Shown in pieces: positions 48,492 through 57,645 of a stretch of 64,000 bases of DNA; position 1 is the first letter of the stretch, and each line of letters starts with the position of its first letter. Origin of the DNA: Candidatus Shapirobacteria bacterium. GTDB taxonomy: Bacteria > Patescibacteriota > Microgenomatia > UBA12405. The position numbers were made by a program, and so were the translations under genes. Under the pieces are notes generated by a model. The model was not told the origin of the DNA. It was given only the letters and a program-made list of their open reading frames with translations, and ran no database searches. The stretch spans positions 26,223 to 90,222 of the forward strand of contig JAQWFB010000005.1 of assembly GCA_028704635.1 (NCBI GenBank). Direction: 5' to 3'.

Positions 48492-49100
48492 ATGACCCAA
48501 TTCAATTTAAAAAATACTAACAGTATTGACCAAAATTACAAAAACGGTCTTCTTCCTCAAAGAAACAATAAAAATTTATTTTATTATCAAACCAGTAGCC
48601 GTTCAAACTTAAAAAATTTTAATTTAAGCTCCGAAAATCGCCGAATTTTAAGAAAAACAGAAGACTTCATTTTTGAAAAAATACCTTTAAAAAATTTCAA
48701 CTACGATTCCAAAGTTCAAAAAGAAATTGTCACCTGGGTAAAAACACTTGGTTGGGATTTTCCGGTCAGTTCAATTAAAAATGTTTTTAAAAATCATATT
48801 TTTAACTATCTATATATATGGAAAGATGAGCAAAAAAATATTATTGCTTATTCTCTTTGTTATTTTTCAAAAGACATTAGTCATATCGCCTATGTTTTTT
48901 ATAATCCAGAATTGGCTCATGGGAATCTACCTATTCGTTTAGTCTTACAAGTCATCATCGACAGCCAAGAATTAGGTTTAAAATATTGTTACCTTGGTCG
49001 CTTTTCACAAGACACCGGTTTTTACAAACGCAACATGCCAGGTTTCGAATATTTCAATAACCAAAATTGGATTCCATATACTAATTTACCTAAATTTTAA
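48492..49100 (+). CDS. Bpt/ATE-family aminoacyl-tRNA--protein transferase-like protein (GNAT fold); start revised to the ATG at 48492
   Basis: ..LSSENRRILRK.. and C-terminal ..GLKYCYLGRFSQDTGFYKRNMPGFEYFNNQNW.. align with the Bpt/ATE_N-ATE_C pattern; the ORF-track start at 48372 overlaps the murE 3' end. Confidence 0.45.
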   Translation: MTQFNLKNTNSIDQNYKNGLLPQRNNKNLFYYQTSSRSNLKNFNLSSENRRILRKTEDFIFEKIPLKNFNYDSKVQKEIVTWVKTLGWDFPVSSIKNVFKNHIFNYLYIWKDEQKNIIAYSLCYFSKDISHIAYVFYNPELAHGNLPIRLVLQVIIDSQELGLKYCYLGRFSQDTGFYKRNMPGFEYFNNQNWIPYTNLPKF

Positions 49101-49102
49101 TT

Positions 49103-50476
49103 ATGCATATTCATATTTTAGGAATTGCCGGAACTATGACCGCTTCATTAGCCGCCGCCCTTAAAAAAGAAGGACACTTGGTTACCGGTTCAGATCAAGA
49201 AAAAATATACCCACCCGTCAGCACTATTCTTAAAAAAGCCGACATTAAAATCAATTCCTCAAAAATTGATTCCACTATAGATTTGGCCATAATTGGTTCG
49301 TCATTTTCTAATTTTCAAAAAACTAAAGAAGAATTTGATCAAATCAAAAAATTAAATATTAAATATATTTCTGCTAGTGAATTCATTGGTCAAAATTTAG
49401 GCAAAGAAGACTCTATCTTAATTGCCGGAACCTACGGTAAAACTACCATTTCTTCTCTTGTATCCTGGATTTTTGATCAGGCCAATTTGAACCCCAATTA
49501 TATGTTTGGTGGAAAAGCTTTAAACCATTTTCCCTCAATCAATATTTCATCATCAAATTGGTCAATTATTGAAGCTGACGAATCAATCCATGGTCTCGAT
49601 ACCCAAGCTAAATTTTTATATTATCCAGTCAAATTTTTATTACTAACTAGTGCTGATTGGGAACATAAAGATTCCTACCCAACTGAAATTGAAAATTTTA
49701 ACGCCTTCAAAAAATTAATTTTAAATGTTCCAACTGACGGAATTTTATTTATAAATTCCCAAGGATATCAAACAAAAAAATTAAGTCTTTACTCAAAATC
49801 AAAAATAATTACCTATAATTCACCAACATCCGACTATTTTATTAAAAATATAACAATCAGAAAAAATTATTCCATTTTAGATATAAAAACTCCCCGAAAT
49901 ATTATTCAAGCCAAAACCAAATTAATTGGCCAGTTTAATTTTGAAAATATTTTAGCCGCTATTACCATTACTGACAGTCTAAACATTCCCCAAACTAAAA
50001 TTAAACAATCCATTTTTAAATTTAAAGGAATTACTCGTCGAATTGAAAAAATTTATAACCATAAAAATATTATTATATTTGATGATTTTGCCCAATCTTC
50101 CAATAGAATTAAATCAACTATTGCGGCTATAAAATTTCATTATCCAAAAAATAATATTAAAGTTTTATATCAACCTCATGCTTCCTTTATTCAACATAAG
50201 GAAAGTCTAAAAGAATTTAAAAACGTTTTTGATTCAGTTTCCGAAGTCGTTTTATCTAAATTAAGTTTTAATAATAAAGCCGAAAAAAATAATCGTGTTA
50301 CCGCTAAAGATTTCAAAGAGGTGATTGGTGATAAATTAATATATCTTCCTGTCGATGAAGATATATGTTCTTTTTATAAAAAAAATCTCAAAAGTGGCGA
50401 CATTCTAATTAATATGAGTTCTGGCGGTTTTAGTGGAAATAAAATTGTAAAATCTATTATTAATTCTTTAAAATAA
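49103..50476 (+). CDS. murC: MurC/Mpl-family Mur ligase (UDP-N-acetylmuramate--L-alanine ligase or Mpl)
   Basis: ..HIHILGIAGTMTASLA..GSDQEKIYPPVST.. closely resembles the MurC/Mpl N-terminus; ..AGTYGKTT.. P-loop. Confidence 0.6.
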   Translation: MHIHILGIAGTMTASLAAALKKEGHLVTGSDQEKIYPPVSTILKKADIKINSSKIDSTIDLAIIGSSFSNFQKTKEEFDQIKKLNIKYISASEFIGQNLGKEDSILIAGTYGKTTISSLVSWIFDQANLNPNYMFGGKALNHFPSINISSSNWSIIEADESIHGLDTQAKFLYYPVKFLLLTSADWEHKDSYPTEIENFNAFKKLILNVPTDGILFINSQGYQTKKLSLYSKSKIITYNSPTSDYFIKNITIRKNYSILDIKTPRNIIQAKTKLIGQFNFENILAAITITDSLNIPQTKIKQSIFKFKGITRRIEKIYNHKNIIIFDDFAQSSNRIKSTIAAIKFHYPKNNIKVLYQPHASFIQHKESLKEFKNVFDSVSEVVLSKLSFNNKAEKNNRVTAKDFKEVIGDKLIYLPVDEDICSFYKKNLKSGDILINMSSGGFSGNKIVKSIINSLK

Positions 50477-50479
50477 TTT

Positions 50480-51808
50480 ATGTCCAGATATATCATTAAC
50501 GGCGGTAAACCACTCAAAGGTGAAGTTTCTATTAGAGGTGCTAAAAACGCCAGTTTCAAACAAATAATTGCCTCCATGTTAACTGATAAAACAGTTCAAT
50601 TAAATAATGTCCCTCAAATTTCCGATGTTAAAATTACCACTAGTATCGCCAAAAGTCTTGGATGCCAAATAACTCAAACAGGGGAGCATAGTCTTGAACT
50701 AACCACTTCTAAAATAATTAATTCCACCGTTCCCAGCGGTACTGGCGAAAAATCTAGAACCTCATTTATGTTTGTCGCTCCATTACTTACTAGAACTGGA
50801 ACTGCCATTGTCCCAACCCCAGGCGGTGACAAATTAGGAGATCGACCATTAGATCGTCTTTTTGATTGTTTCTCTCAAATGAATATTAAAGTTTCCGAAA
50901 CCGAAAATAATATTACTTTTAATACCGACAAAATTGTTGGTACCCATTATACTTTTACAAAACCTTCTCACACGGTCACTGAAGTAATTATTATGACTGC
51001 TGTTCTCGCCAATGGCGAAACAATCATCGATAATGCCGCTCTTGAGCCAGAAATTGATGATTTAATTTTAATGTTAAATCAAATGGGAGCCAAAATTCAA
51101 AGAGATTCCAAAAATAACAAAAGAATAATCATTCAAGGCGTATCCAAATTAAATGGAACTGAACATGATGTAATTTGCGATCGAAACGAAATTGTCACTT
51201 TTGCTTGTGCTGCCTTAGCCACCAAGGGTTCAGTTTCTATTTTTAGAGTCAAACCCAACGTTGTTCAAACATTTTTGGAAATTATTGAAAAAATGGGGGC
51301 TAAAATTAAAACCGGCAACGATGAAATTTATGTCGAATGGGTTAAACCCCTTACCAATATTGATATCGAAACCGAACCAGAACCTGGATTTATGACCGAT
51401 TGGCAAGCTATTTTCTCTGTTCTTTTAACTCAGACTGTCGGCTGTAGTTCTATTATTGAAAGAGTTTATCCTAGTAGATTTCAACACATCGAAAATCTTA
51501 AAAAGATGGGGGTTAAAGTTAATTTCTTCAATCCAGAAATAAACAATTCTAGAGAATATTATCAATTTAATAAAGAAAGTGATCGCCCAGAATATTTTCA
51601 TGGTGTTAAAATTTATGGCCCAACCAAATTAAAACCGGCCAATTTTGTTATTAAAGATCTTCGGGCTGGAGCTTCAGCCACCATTGCAGCCCTAACTGCA
51701 TCAGGAAAATCAACTATCGACGGAGTTGAATATATTGAGCGTGGATACGAAAAATTAGCTGAGCGTCTTTGGTCTTTAGGTGCTAACATAGAATATATAA
51801 AAACCTAA
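50480..51808 (+). CDS. murA: UDP-N-acetylglucosamine 1-carboxyvinyltransferase
   Basis: ..INGGKPLKGEVSIRGAKNAS.. EPT-family N-terminus; length 442 aa. Confidence 0.85.
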   Translation: MSRYIINGGKPLKGEVSIRGAKNASFKQIIASMLTDKTVQLNNVPQISDVKITTSIAKSLGCQITQTGEHSLELTTSKIINSTVPSGTGEKSRTSFMFVAPLLTRTGTAIVPTPGGDKLGDRPLDRLFDCFSQMNIKVSETENNITFNTDKIVGTHYTFTKPSHTVTEVIIMTAVLANGETIIDNAALEPEIDDLILMLNQMGAKIQRDSKNNKRIIIQGVSKLNGTEHDVICDRNEIVTFACAALATKGSVSIFRVKPNVVQTFLEIIEKMGAKIKTGNDEIYVEWVKPLTNIDIETEPEPGFMTDWQAIFSVLLTQTVGCSSIIERVYPSRFQHIENLKKMGVKVNFFNPEINNSREYYQFNKESDRPEYFHGVKIYGPTKLKPANFVIKDLRAGASATIAALTASGKSTIDGVEYIERGYEKLAERLWSLGANIEYIKT

Positions 51809-51812
51809 TTTT

Positions 51813-52847
51813 ATGATTCATCTATATCTAGGCCTACTACTTTTTTCTTTTTTAATCACCAGTATTTTGGTCGTCCCTTTTATTAATCTTCTTTATAAAT
51901 TTAAATTTCAACGACAAACTCAAAAAACGACTGATTTTCAAAACAAAAGAACCACTATCTTTGATAAGTTTCATAATTTAAAATCAGGTACTCCTGTTGG
52001 AGGCGGTTTACTAATTATTACCACTGTTTCCATTCTTTTTATTTTACTTTTCCCAGTTCTTAAATTTTCTCGAATCTTTATTTCCTCTAATTACACCATC
52101 ACCCATGAAATTGCTATTCTATTTTTCACCTTCATTAGTTTTGGTTTACTCGGCCTTTATGACGATGTACATAAATTCTTTGGATTCAAAAAGACTGGGT
52201 TTTTTGGCTTAAGAATGATTCATAAATTAATTTTACAAATAATAATTTCATTAATTATTTCCTTCATGATTTATTTTCAATTAAAAATTGATTTTATTTA
52301 TCTACCGTTTTTTGGCGCTATTAACCTAGGATTTTTCTTTATCCCAATTTCTGTCCTTTTTATTACTGGTTTTGCTAATTTTTTTAATATTACTGATGGC
52401 TTAGATGGTTTATCTTGTGGTCTTTTAATGTTTGCCCTCTTTGCCTTTTGGATTTTAGCCAGCACTTCAATGGATACGGTTCTTTCTTCATTTTTAGCTC
52501 TCTGGATCGGTTCTCTAATAGCGTTTCTTTATTTCAATGTCTATCCAGCTAGAATCTGGCTCGGTGATGTTGGCTCACTTTCTTTCGGCGCCACTTTTGC
52601 TGTTATTGCCCTACTTTTGGGAAAAGTAGTTCCTTTACTTATTGTCGGATCTCCTTTTATCGTCGAAGGTTTATCCAGTGCCATTCAATTATTTAGCAAA
52701 AAATATTTTAAAAGGAAAGTTTTTCCTGCCGCCCCAATTCATTTAACCCTTCAAAATTTAGGCTGGGAAGAACCAAAAATCGTTTTTAGGGCTTGGTTAG
52801 CCGGAATTATATTAGCAGTTTTTGGACTATGGCTAGGACTAAATTAG
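51813..52847 (+). CDS. mraY: Phospho-N-acetylmuramoyl-pentapeptide-transferase
   Basis: ..NITDGLDGL.., ..WLGDVGSL.., ..AAPIHLTLQNLGWEEPKIV.. MraY motifs. Confidence 0.85.
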   Translation: MIHLYLGLLLFSFLITSILVVPFINLLYKFKFQRQTQKTTDFQNKRTTIFDKFHNLKSGTPVGGGLLIITTVSILFILLFPVLKFSRIFISSNYTITHEIAILFFTFISFGLLGLYDDVHKFFGFKKTGFFGLRMIHKLILQIIISLIISFMIYFQLKIDFIYLPFFGAINLGFFFIPISVLFITGFANFFNITDGLDGLSCGLLMFALFAFWILASTSMDTVLSSFLALWIGSLIAFLYFNVYPARIWLGDVGSLSFGATFAVIALLLGKVVPLLIVGSPFIVEGLSSAIQLFSKKYFKRKVFPAAPIHLTLQNLGWEEPKIVFRAWLAGIILAVFGLWLGLN

Positions 52848-53368
52848 AACTACAACAAGAAATTGAGAAATATATCGGCCTACCTTACAGTAAGAATATC
52901 CTTAAAGACGGTAAAATAATCAAAGAGCAATTTCTTGGAGGTAAAGGTAATTGTCGACAAATTGCCACTGAAACCATCAGACTCGCTCAAAAACAAAAAA
53001 TAGATTTAACTCAGTTAAACAATCAAGAATTTTATAATTTTCAAAAAAAGAACCATATTGGCATCGATTGTTCCGGCCTTGCTTGCCAATTATTAAATTT
53101 TTATTTTAATTCTGAATTAAATCCTCGCAAAACTTCTGCCAATATGCTCACTTCTGCTCCAATCTCACAAGAAATAAAACCAAGTGAGATTAAAACAGGT
53201 GATTTAGTCCGACAAAAAAACGGCCACCATATTTTATTTATCATCGAAAAACAGGGTAATGTTATTAATTATGTCGACAGCTCCATCTCTGGCAGGGGAG
53301 TAAAATACGGACAAACCAATCTTACCGACAAATCCTTTATCAACCAGGGTTTTTTCAGACTAAATTAA
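52829..53368 (+). CDS. NlpC/P60 (C40) family peptidase without a signal peptide; start revised to 52829 (MARTKLEL..)
   Basis: ..IGIDCSGLACQLL.. catalytic Cys motif and ..GDLV...GHHILFI.. His motif; 19-nt overlap with the mraY 3' end. Confidence 0.5.
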   Translation: MARTKLELQQEIEKYIGLPYSKNILKDGKIIKEQFLGGKGNCRQIATETIRLAQKQKIDLTQLNNQEFYNFQKKNHIGIDCSGLACQLLNFYFNSELNPRKTSANMLTSAPISQEIKPSEIKTGDLVRQKNGHHILFIIEKQGNVINYVDSSISGRGVKYGQTNLTDKSFINQGFFRLN

Positions 53369-53369
53369 T

Positions 53370-53528
53370 TTATTTTTCCTCAATCAATTCCCTATACTTT
53401 AATGGATTTAAAGATAAAATTTCCACTTCAGTCCCACATTCAGGACATTCAATAATATCTCCCACCATCGTGGCTTCTGTTAATTCAATTTCTGTTTCAC
53501 AATCTGGACAAATAACTTTTTCGTTCAT
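53370..53528 (-). CDS. LysW-like zinc-ribbon protein (52 aa), absent from the ORF track because it is under 60 aa
   Basis: MNEKVICPDCETEIELTEATMVGDIIECPECGTEVEILSLNPLKYRELIEEK: CPxC..E[IL]ELxE...GD[IV][IV]ECPxCG.E[VL]E[IV]LSLNPL matches the amino-group carrier protein LysW zinc-ribbon core; lacks the canonical ..EDWGE C-terminal tail; no clear SD. Confidence 0.55.
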   Translation of the reverse strand: MNEKVICPDCETEIELTEATMVGDIIECPECGTEVEILSLNPLKYRELIEEK

Positions 53529-53568
53529 ATTTTATTAAAATTAATAACTAGTATAATTAAACTATTAT

Positions 53569-54390
53569 ATGGCAAATACACCTTTAATTAAATTAGAAAA
53601 TGTTTATTTAAAAAGAGAAGATTTAAACGAGACCGGATCAGCCAAAGATCGAGCCATGATTTTTCAAATTGAAAATTTAAAAAAACAGGATTTTAAAACT
53701 GCTGTCATCTCCAGTACTGGTAATGCCGCCATTTCCGCCGCCCATTTTTGCCACCTCAATCAAATCAACCTAACTATTTTTGTTTCCCCTAAAATCAATC
53801 AAGCTAAATTTGATTTACTTAAAAAAGATGGTGGTCAAATTTTTATTACCGATCAACCAATCAGTGAATCCATAAAATTTTCTAAAAAAAATCATGCTTA
53901 TCTTCTTCGTCAATCCACCGACCCAAGTGCCCTAATTGGCTACCAAGAAATTGGTAAAGAACTAATGAATAAACTACCCCAAATTACCAGTATTTTCGTT
54001 CCAGTCGGCAGCGGCACCACCCTTTTGGGAATTTCTCAAGCACTGCCATCATCAGTTAAAATTTATGCTGTTCAACCAGCCAGTAATTGTCCTTTATCTA
54101 AATTTTTTGATTCAGACTACCAACCAGAAATAGAAAATATTACCGACGCCCTTTCCGCCAAATATCTTCCTTTAAAATCTCAAATAATTTCCGCCATTAA
54201 AAATAGTGGTGGCACTGGCTTAATTGTTCAAAATAATGAAATTTTAGAAGCCCAAAAAATATTAGACTTAAACGAAATTAAAACCTCTCTAGAGGGCGCT
54301 TTAGCCTTTGCAGGTTATAAAAAAGCCATCAAAAATAACCTAAACATAGGCAATTATCCAGTAGTAATTTTAACCGGATGTCAAAGATAA
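53569..54390 (+). CDS. PLP-dependent enzyme, fold type II (tryptophan-synthase-beta/threonine-synthase-like), short form of 273 aa
   Basis: ..TGSAKDRAM.. catalytic Lys motif, ..VISSTGNAAISAA.., Gly-rich ..VPVGSGTT.. Confidence 0.65.
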   Translation: MANTPLIKLENVYLKREDLNETGSAKDRAMIFQIENLKKQDFKTAVISSTGNAAISAAHFCHLNQINLTIFVSPKINQAKFDLLKKDGGQIFITDQPISESIKFSKKNHAYLLRQSTDPSALIGYQEIGKELMNKLPQITSIFVPVGSGTTLLGISQALPSSVKIYAVQPASNCPLSKFFDSDYQPEIENITDALSAKYLPLKSQIISAIKNSGGTGLIVQNNEILEAQKILDLNEIKTSLEGALAFAGYKKAIKNNLNIGNYPVVILTGCQR

Positions 54391-55484
54391 ATTTAGAAAA
54401 TATTATTAATCAATCCCCTTATATTTTCTTTTTTCTGGTTGTCGATAAATTTTTAGACATCGAAATTCCTCAATTAAAAAATTTTGAAAAAATCTATCTT
54501 TCTGATTATTCATCGATCAAAGAAAAAAACAGTGGCAAACTACTATCAAACCCAAAAATTATTGACTATATTTTAAAAAAATCTCAAAAAACTAAACTTA
54601 TTCCCGCCATCATTCCCTTTAAGCCATCGGCCAAAATTGATTTAATTTGTCAAAAATATAATTGGATAAATATAAGTAATCCTGGACCAATCAATCGTTT
54701 TTTGGAAGACAAAATTAAATTTGCCAAACTTTGTCAAAAATACAAATTACCCACAATTCCTTTTACTATCGATACTTTCTCTCACCAAAATTTTTTGAAA
54801 TATCAAAAACTTTACAATAAAAAATTAGTTCTCCAGACCCATTTTGGTTGGGCTGGCAATAGTACATTTTCGGCCGAATCTTGGGATGAAATTAAAGATA
54901 AAATTTCTTCTAATGTTATTGTAAAATATAGCCCTTTTATTCAATCTTCCTACTCTTTACTAAATAATTGTTGTCTTACTAAATTTGGTCTAATTCAAAG
55001 TCCACCTGCTCTTCAATACACTGGAATTTTTCCCTACACTAAAAATCCCTTCACTACTGTCGGTCGCCAATGGCCATCTTTTGCTCCCCTAAAAATAATT
55101 AAAGAAATTAATAAAATAACCGAAAATTTTAGTAAAATTTTAAAAGAAATTAATTATAAAGGTTTTTTTGGTCTCGATTTTTTAATTTATAAAAATAAAG
55201 TTTTTTTACTAGAATGCAATCCTCGTCTTACTGCTTCCTTTAGTTTTTATACAAAAATGGAACAAAAACAAAATATCACTCCTCTTTTCTATTTCCATAT
55301 TGCCGAATTATCAAAAATTGATTATCAAATTAATCTAAAACAAGAACAATTAAGATTCAATAATAAAAAAATTATCGGTTCTGAACTAACCCCAAAAGAT
55401 AAAAATAATTACACTTGCCAAAAGTTAAACTTTGACTATCCCTTATCAAAAACCACCAACCCTATCTCTCTCAAAAAAAAATAA
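54378..55484 (+). CDS. ATP-grasp ligase with a Ddl-like C-terminal domain and a ~100-aa N-terminal extension
   Basis: ..NRFLEDKIKFAKLCQKYKLPTIPF.. and ..GFFGLDFLIYKNKVFLLECNPRLTASFSF.. parallel Ddl ..[28 protein letters not shown]..; lacks the Ddl N-terminal HGxxGEDG motif. Confidence 0.5.
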   Translation: MSKINLENIINQSPYIFFFLVVDKFLDIEIPQLKNFEKIYLSDYSSIKEKNSGKLLSNPKIIDYILKKSQKTKLIPAIIPFKPSAKIDLICQKYNWINISNPGPINRFLEDKIKFAKLCQKYKLPTIPFTIDTFSHQNFLKYQKLYNKKLVLQTHFGWAGNSTFSAESWDEIKDKISSNVIVKYSPFIQSSYSLLNNCCLTKFGLIQSPPALQYTGIFPYTKNPFTTVGRQWPSFAPLKIIKEINKITENFSKILKEINYKGFFGLDFLIYKNKVFLLECNPRLTASFSFYTKMEQKQNITPLFYFHIAELSKIDYQINLKQEQLRFNNKKIIGSELTPKDKNNYTCQKLNFDYPLSKTTNPISLKKK

Positions 55485-56651
55485 ATGAAAGAAAATAAGT
55501 CACCTCTTCTATTTCTGGTTTTCAGTTTAGTTTTTATCGGGCTGATTTTTATTTCTATTTCATCACTAGGCGAAGCCAGTTCTTCAATTGGAGATAAATT
55601 CTTTTATATTAAAAAACAAGGATTTTGGCTTGTTTTGGGAATAATTTCTTTTTATGTAACTTCAAAAATAAATATTAAAACTATTAAAAAATTCTCTTTC
55701 GCCCTTTATGCGATTTCTATTTTGGGTTTAATTTTAGTTTTAATTCCAAGTCTAGGCAATGAAGCTCTCGGCGCCAGACGTTGGTTAAATTTAGGTTTTA
55801 CTAGCATTCAACCTTCAGAAATTTTAAAATTAACTTCAATTATTTATTTTTCTTCTCTTTTTTCAAAAAAGGAAAATCTCAATATTAAAAACCTAATTTT
55901 TTACCTTGGGCTTCCCTTCATTCTAATAATTATAGAACCAAATTTAAGCACCGCTATTTTAATTTCAGCCATTGTTAGTTCCATTTATTATCTCTCCGGG
56001 GGAGACATCGTTCCTTTGTTTAGTATTTTTAGTATTATTTTAGTAATTAGTATTCCACTAATTTTTTTATCACCATATCGATCAGCTAGATTAAAAACTT
56101 TTTTAGAACCGCAACAAAATCAAGAAACTTCATCGTACCACAGCAATCAAATTATCTTAACTCTTTCTTCTGGAGGATTTTTTGGTAAGGGTTTTGCTAA
56201 CTCAGATCAAAAATATAAATTCCTCCCCAAAATTTCTACCGATTCAATTCTTGCCGTTATTGGCGAAGAGGTTGGTTTTATAGGAATTTTTGCAGTTTTA
56301 TTAGTTTATCTTTCTTTAATAAATTATCTTTTAAGATTTTCTCAAACAATAGACGATCCATTTCAAAGTTTAATAGTATCCGGAAGCGCTTGTTGGATCG
56401 CTTATCAAAGCCTGATTAATATTTCTGCCATTACTGCCCTCATTCCTCTAACTGGCGTTACCCTCCCATTTATTTCTTATGGCGGTTCCTCTCTTATTAC
56501 TCTTTTTATTGTTATTGGTCTAGTCAGAAATATCGAAAAAAATCAAAAAATATTGTTATACTCAAAGAGTGAACAAAGTAAAAAAGACGATAATAATCAC
56601 CGGAACACACTTAACTCCAGCACTAGAACTCATTCGTCAACTGAAAGCTGA
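55485..56651 (+). CDS. ftsW: SEDS-family peptidoglycan glycosyltransferase FtsW
   Basis: About 10 TM segments, ..PLTGVTLPFISYGGSS.. SEDS motif; dcw position. Confidence 0.8.
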   Translation: MKENKSPLLFLVFSLVFIGLIFISISSLGEASSSIGDKFFYIKKQGFWLVLGIISFYVTSKINIKTIKKFSFALYAISILGLILVLIPSLGNEALGARRWLNLGFTSIQPSEILKLTSIIYFSSLFSKKENLNIKNLIFYLGLPFILIIIEPNLSTAILISAIVSSIYYLSGGDIVPLFSIFSIILVISIPLIFLSPYRSARLKTFLEPQQNQETSSYHSNQIILTLSSGGFFGKGFANSDQKYKFLPKISTDSILAVIGEEVGFIGIFAVLLVYLSLINYLLRFSQTIDDPFQSLIVSGSACWIAYQSLINISAITALIPLTGVTLPFISYGGSSLITLFIVIGLVRNIEKNQKILLYSKSEQSKKDDNNHRNTLNSSTRTHSSTES

Positions 56652-57645
56652 TAAAAAGAACGATTGGCAAATAAATTACATTGGTCGAAAAAATAATTCT
56701 AGTGTCGATTACACTCCTTCGATTGAATCAAAAATTATCCCAAAAATAGGTATAAAATTTTATTCGATCAACTGCGGCAAACTGGATCGTCGTTGGCTTC
56801 CAAACACTATTAAAGGCCTTCCCCAAACCACCGCCTCTTTATTTGAATCATTAAAATTAATTAAAAAAATAAAACCAGATATTATTGTTTCTTTTGGTGG
56901 ATATGTTTCTGTTCCAGTAATTATTAGTGGTTTTCTTAAAAAAATACCATCTATTACTCATGAACAAACCCTAACCAATAGTTTAACTACCAAAATTAAT
57001 AGTTTTTTTGTTGATAAAATTGCCCTTTCTTTCAAAAATCAACATCAAAAAGAAAAACTTCCTAAAAATAAAATAGTTGTCACTGGAAATCTTTTAAGAC
57101 AAGAGATTTTTCATCCTCAAAAAAATAAAATAGGAAATGATATTGATATTTTTATAACCGCGGGAAATCAAGGCTCTCACACAATAAATCTTTTAATAAA
57201 AAAAATTCTTCCTAAATTAAAAGACTATTATATTATCCATCAAACAGGCAAAAATGATTTTAATAGTTTTAAACAATTAACCAATATTTACCAAAAATAT
57301 CAGGCTTTTAGTTATTTGGAATCAAGCGACATGGCCTATGTTTTAAATAAAACAAATTTAATTATTAGCCGTTCCGGTGCCAACACTAGCCAAGAAATTG
57401 TCGCATTAAACAAAAAATCAATTTTAATTCCCTTAAAAATCAGTCAACAAAATGAACAATTATTAAATGCTCTCTGGGTTAAAGAAAAAAATCCCCAAAA
57501 TACGGAAATAATAGAAGAAAAAGATATTACTGAAAAAAATATTTTAGAAAATATAAATAAATTAATTACTAATAAAACAAAAAAAGTCGTCATTAAAAAT
57601 ACTGATAATCTAAAACTTTTAAACCTAATTCATGAAATTCTTTAA
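56569..57645 (+). CDS. murG: UDP-GlcNAc--lipid I N-acetylglucosaminyltransferase MurG
   Basis: ..IIITGTHLTPALEL.., ..KPDIIVSFGGYVSVP.., ..HEQTLTNS.. MurG pattern. Confidence 0.8.
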   Translation: MNKVKKTIIITGTHLTPALELIRQLKADKKNDWQINYIGRKNNSSVDYTPSIESKIIPKIGIKFYSINCGKLDRRWLPNTIKGLPQTTASLFESLKLIKKIKPDIIVSFGGYVSVPVIISGFLKKIPSITHEQTLTNSLTTKINSFFVDKIALSFKNQHQKEKLPKNKIVVTGNLLRQEIFHPQKNKIGNDIDIFITAGNQGSHTINLLIKKILPKLKDYYIIHQTGKNDFNSFKQLTNIYQKYQAFSYLESSDMAYVLNKTNLIISRSGANTSQEIVALNKKSILIPLKISQQNEQLLNALWVKEKNPQNTEIIEEKDITEKNILENINKLITNKTKKVVIKNTDNLKLLNLIHEIL

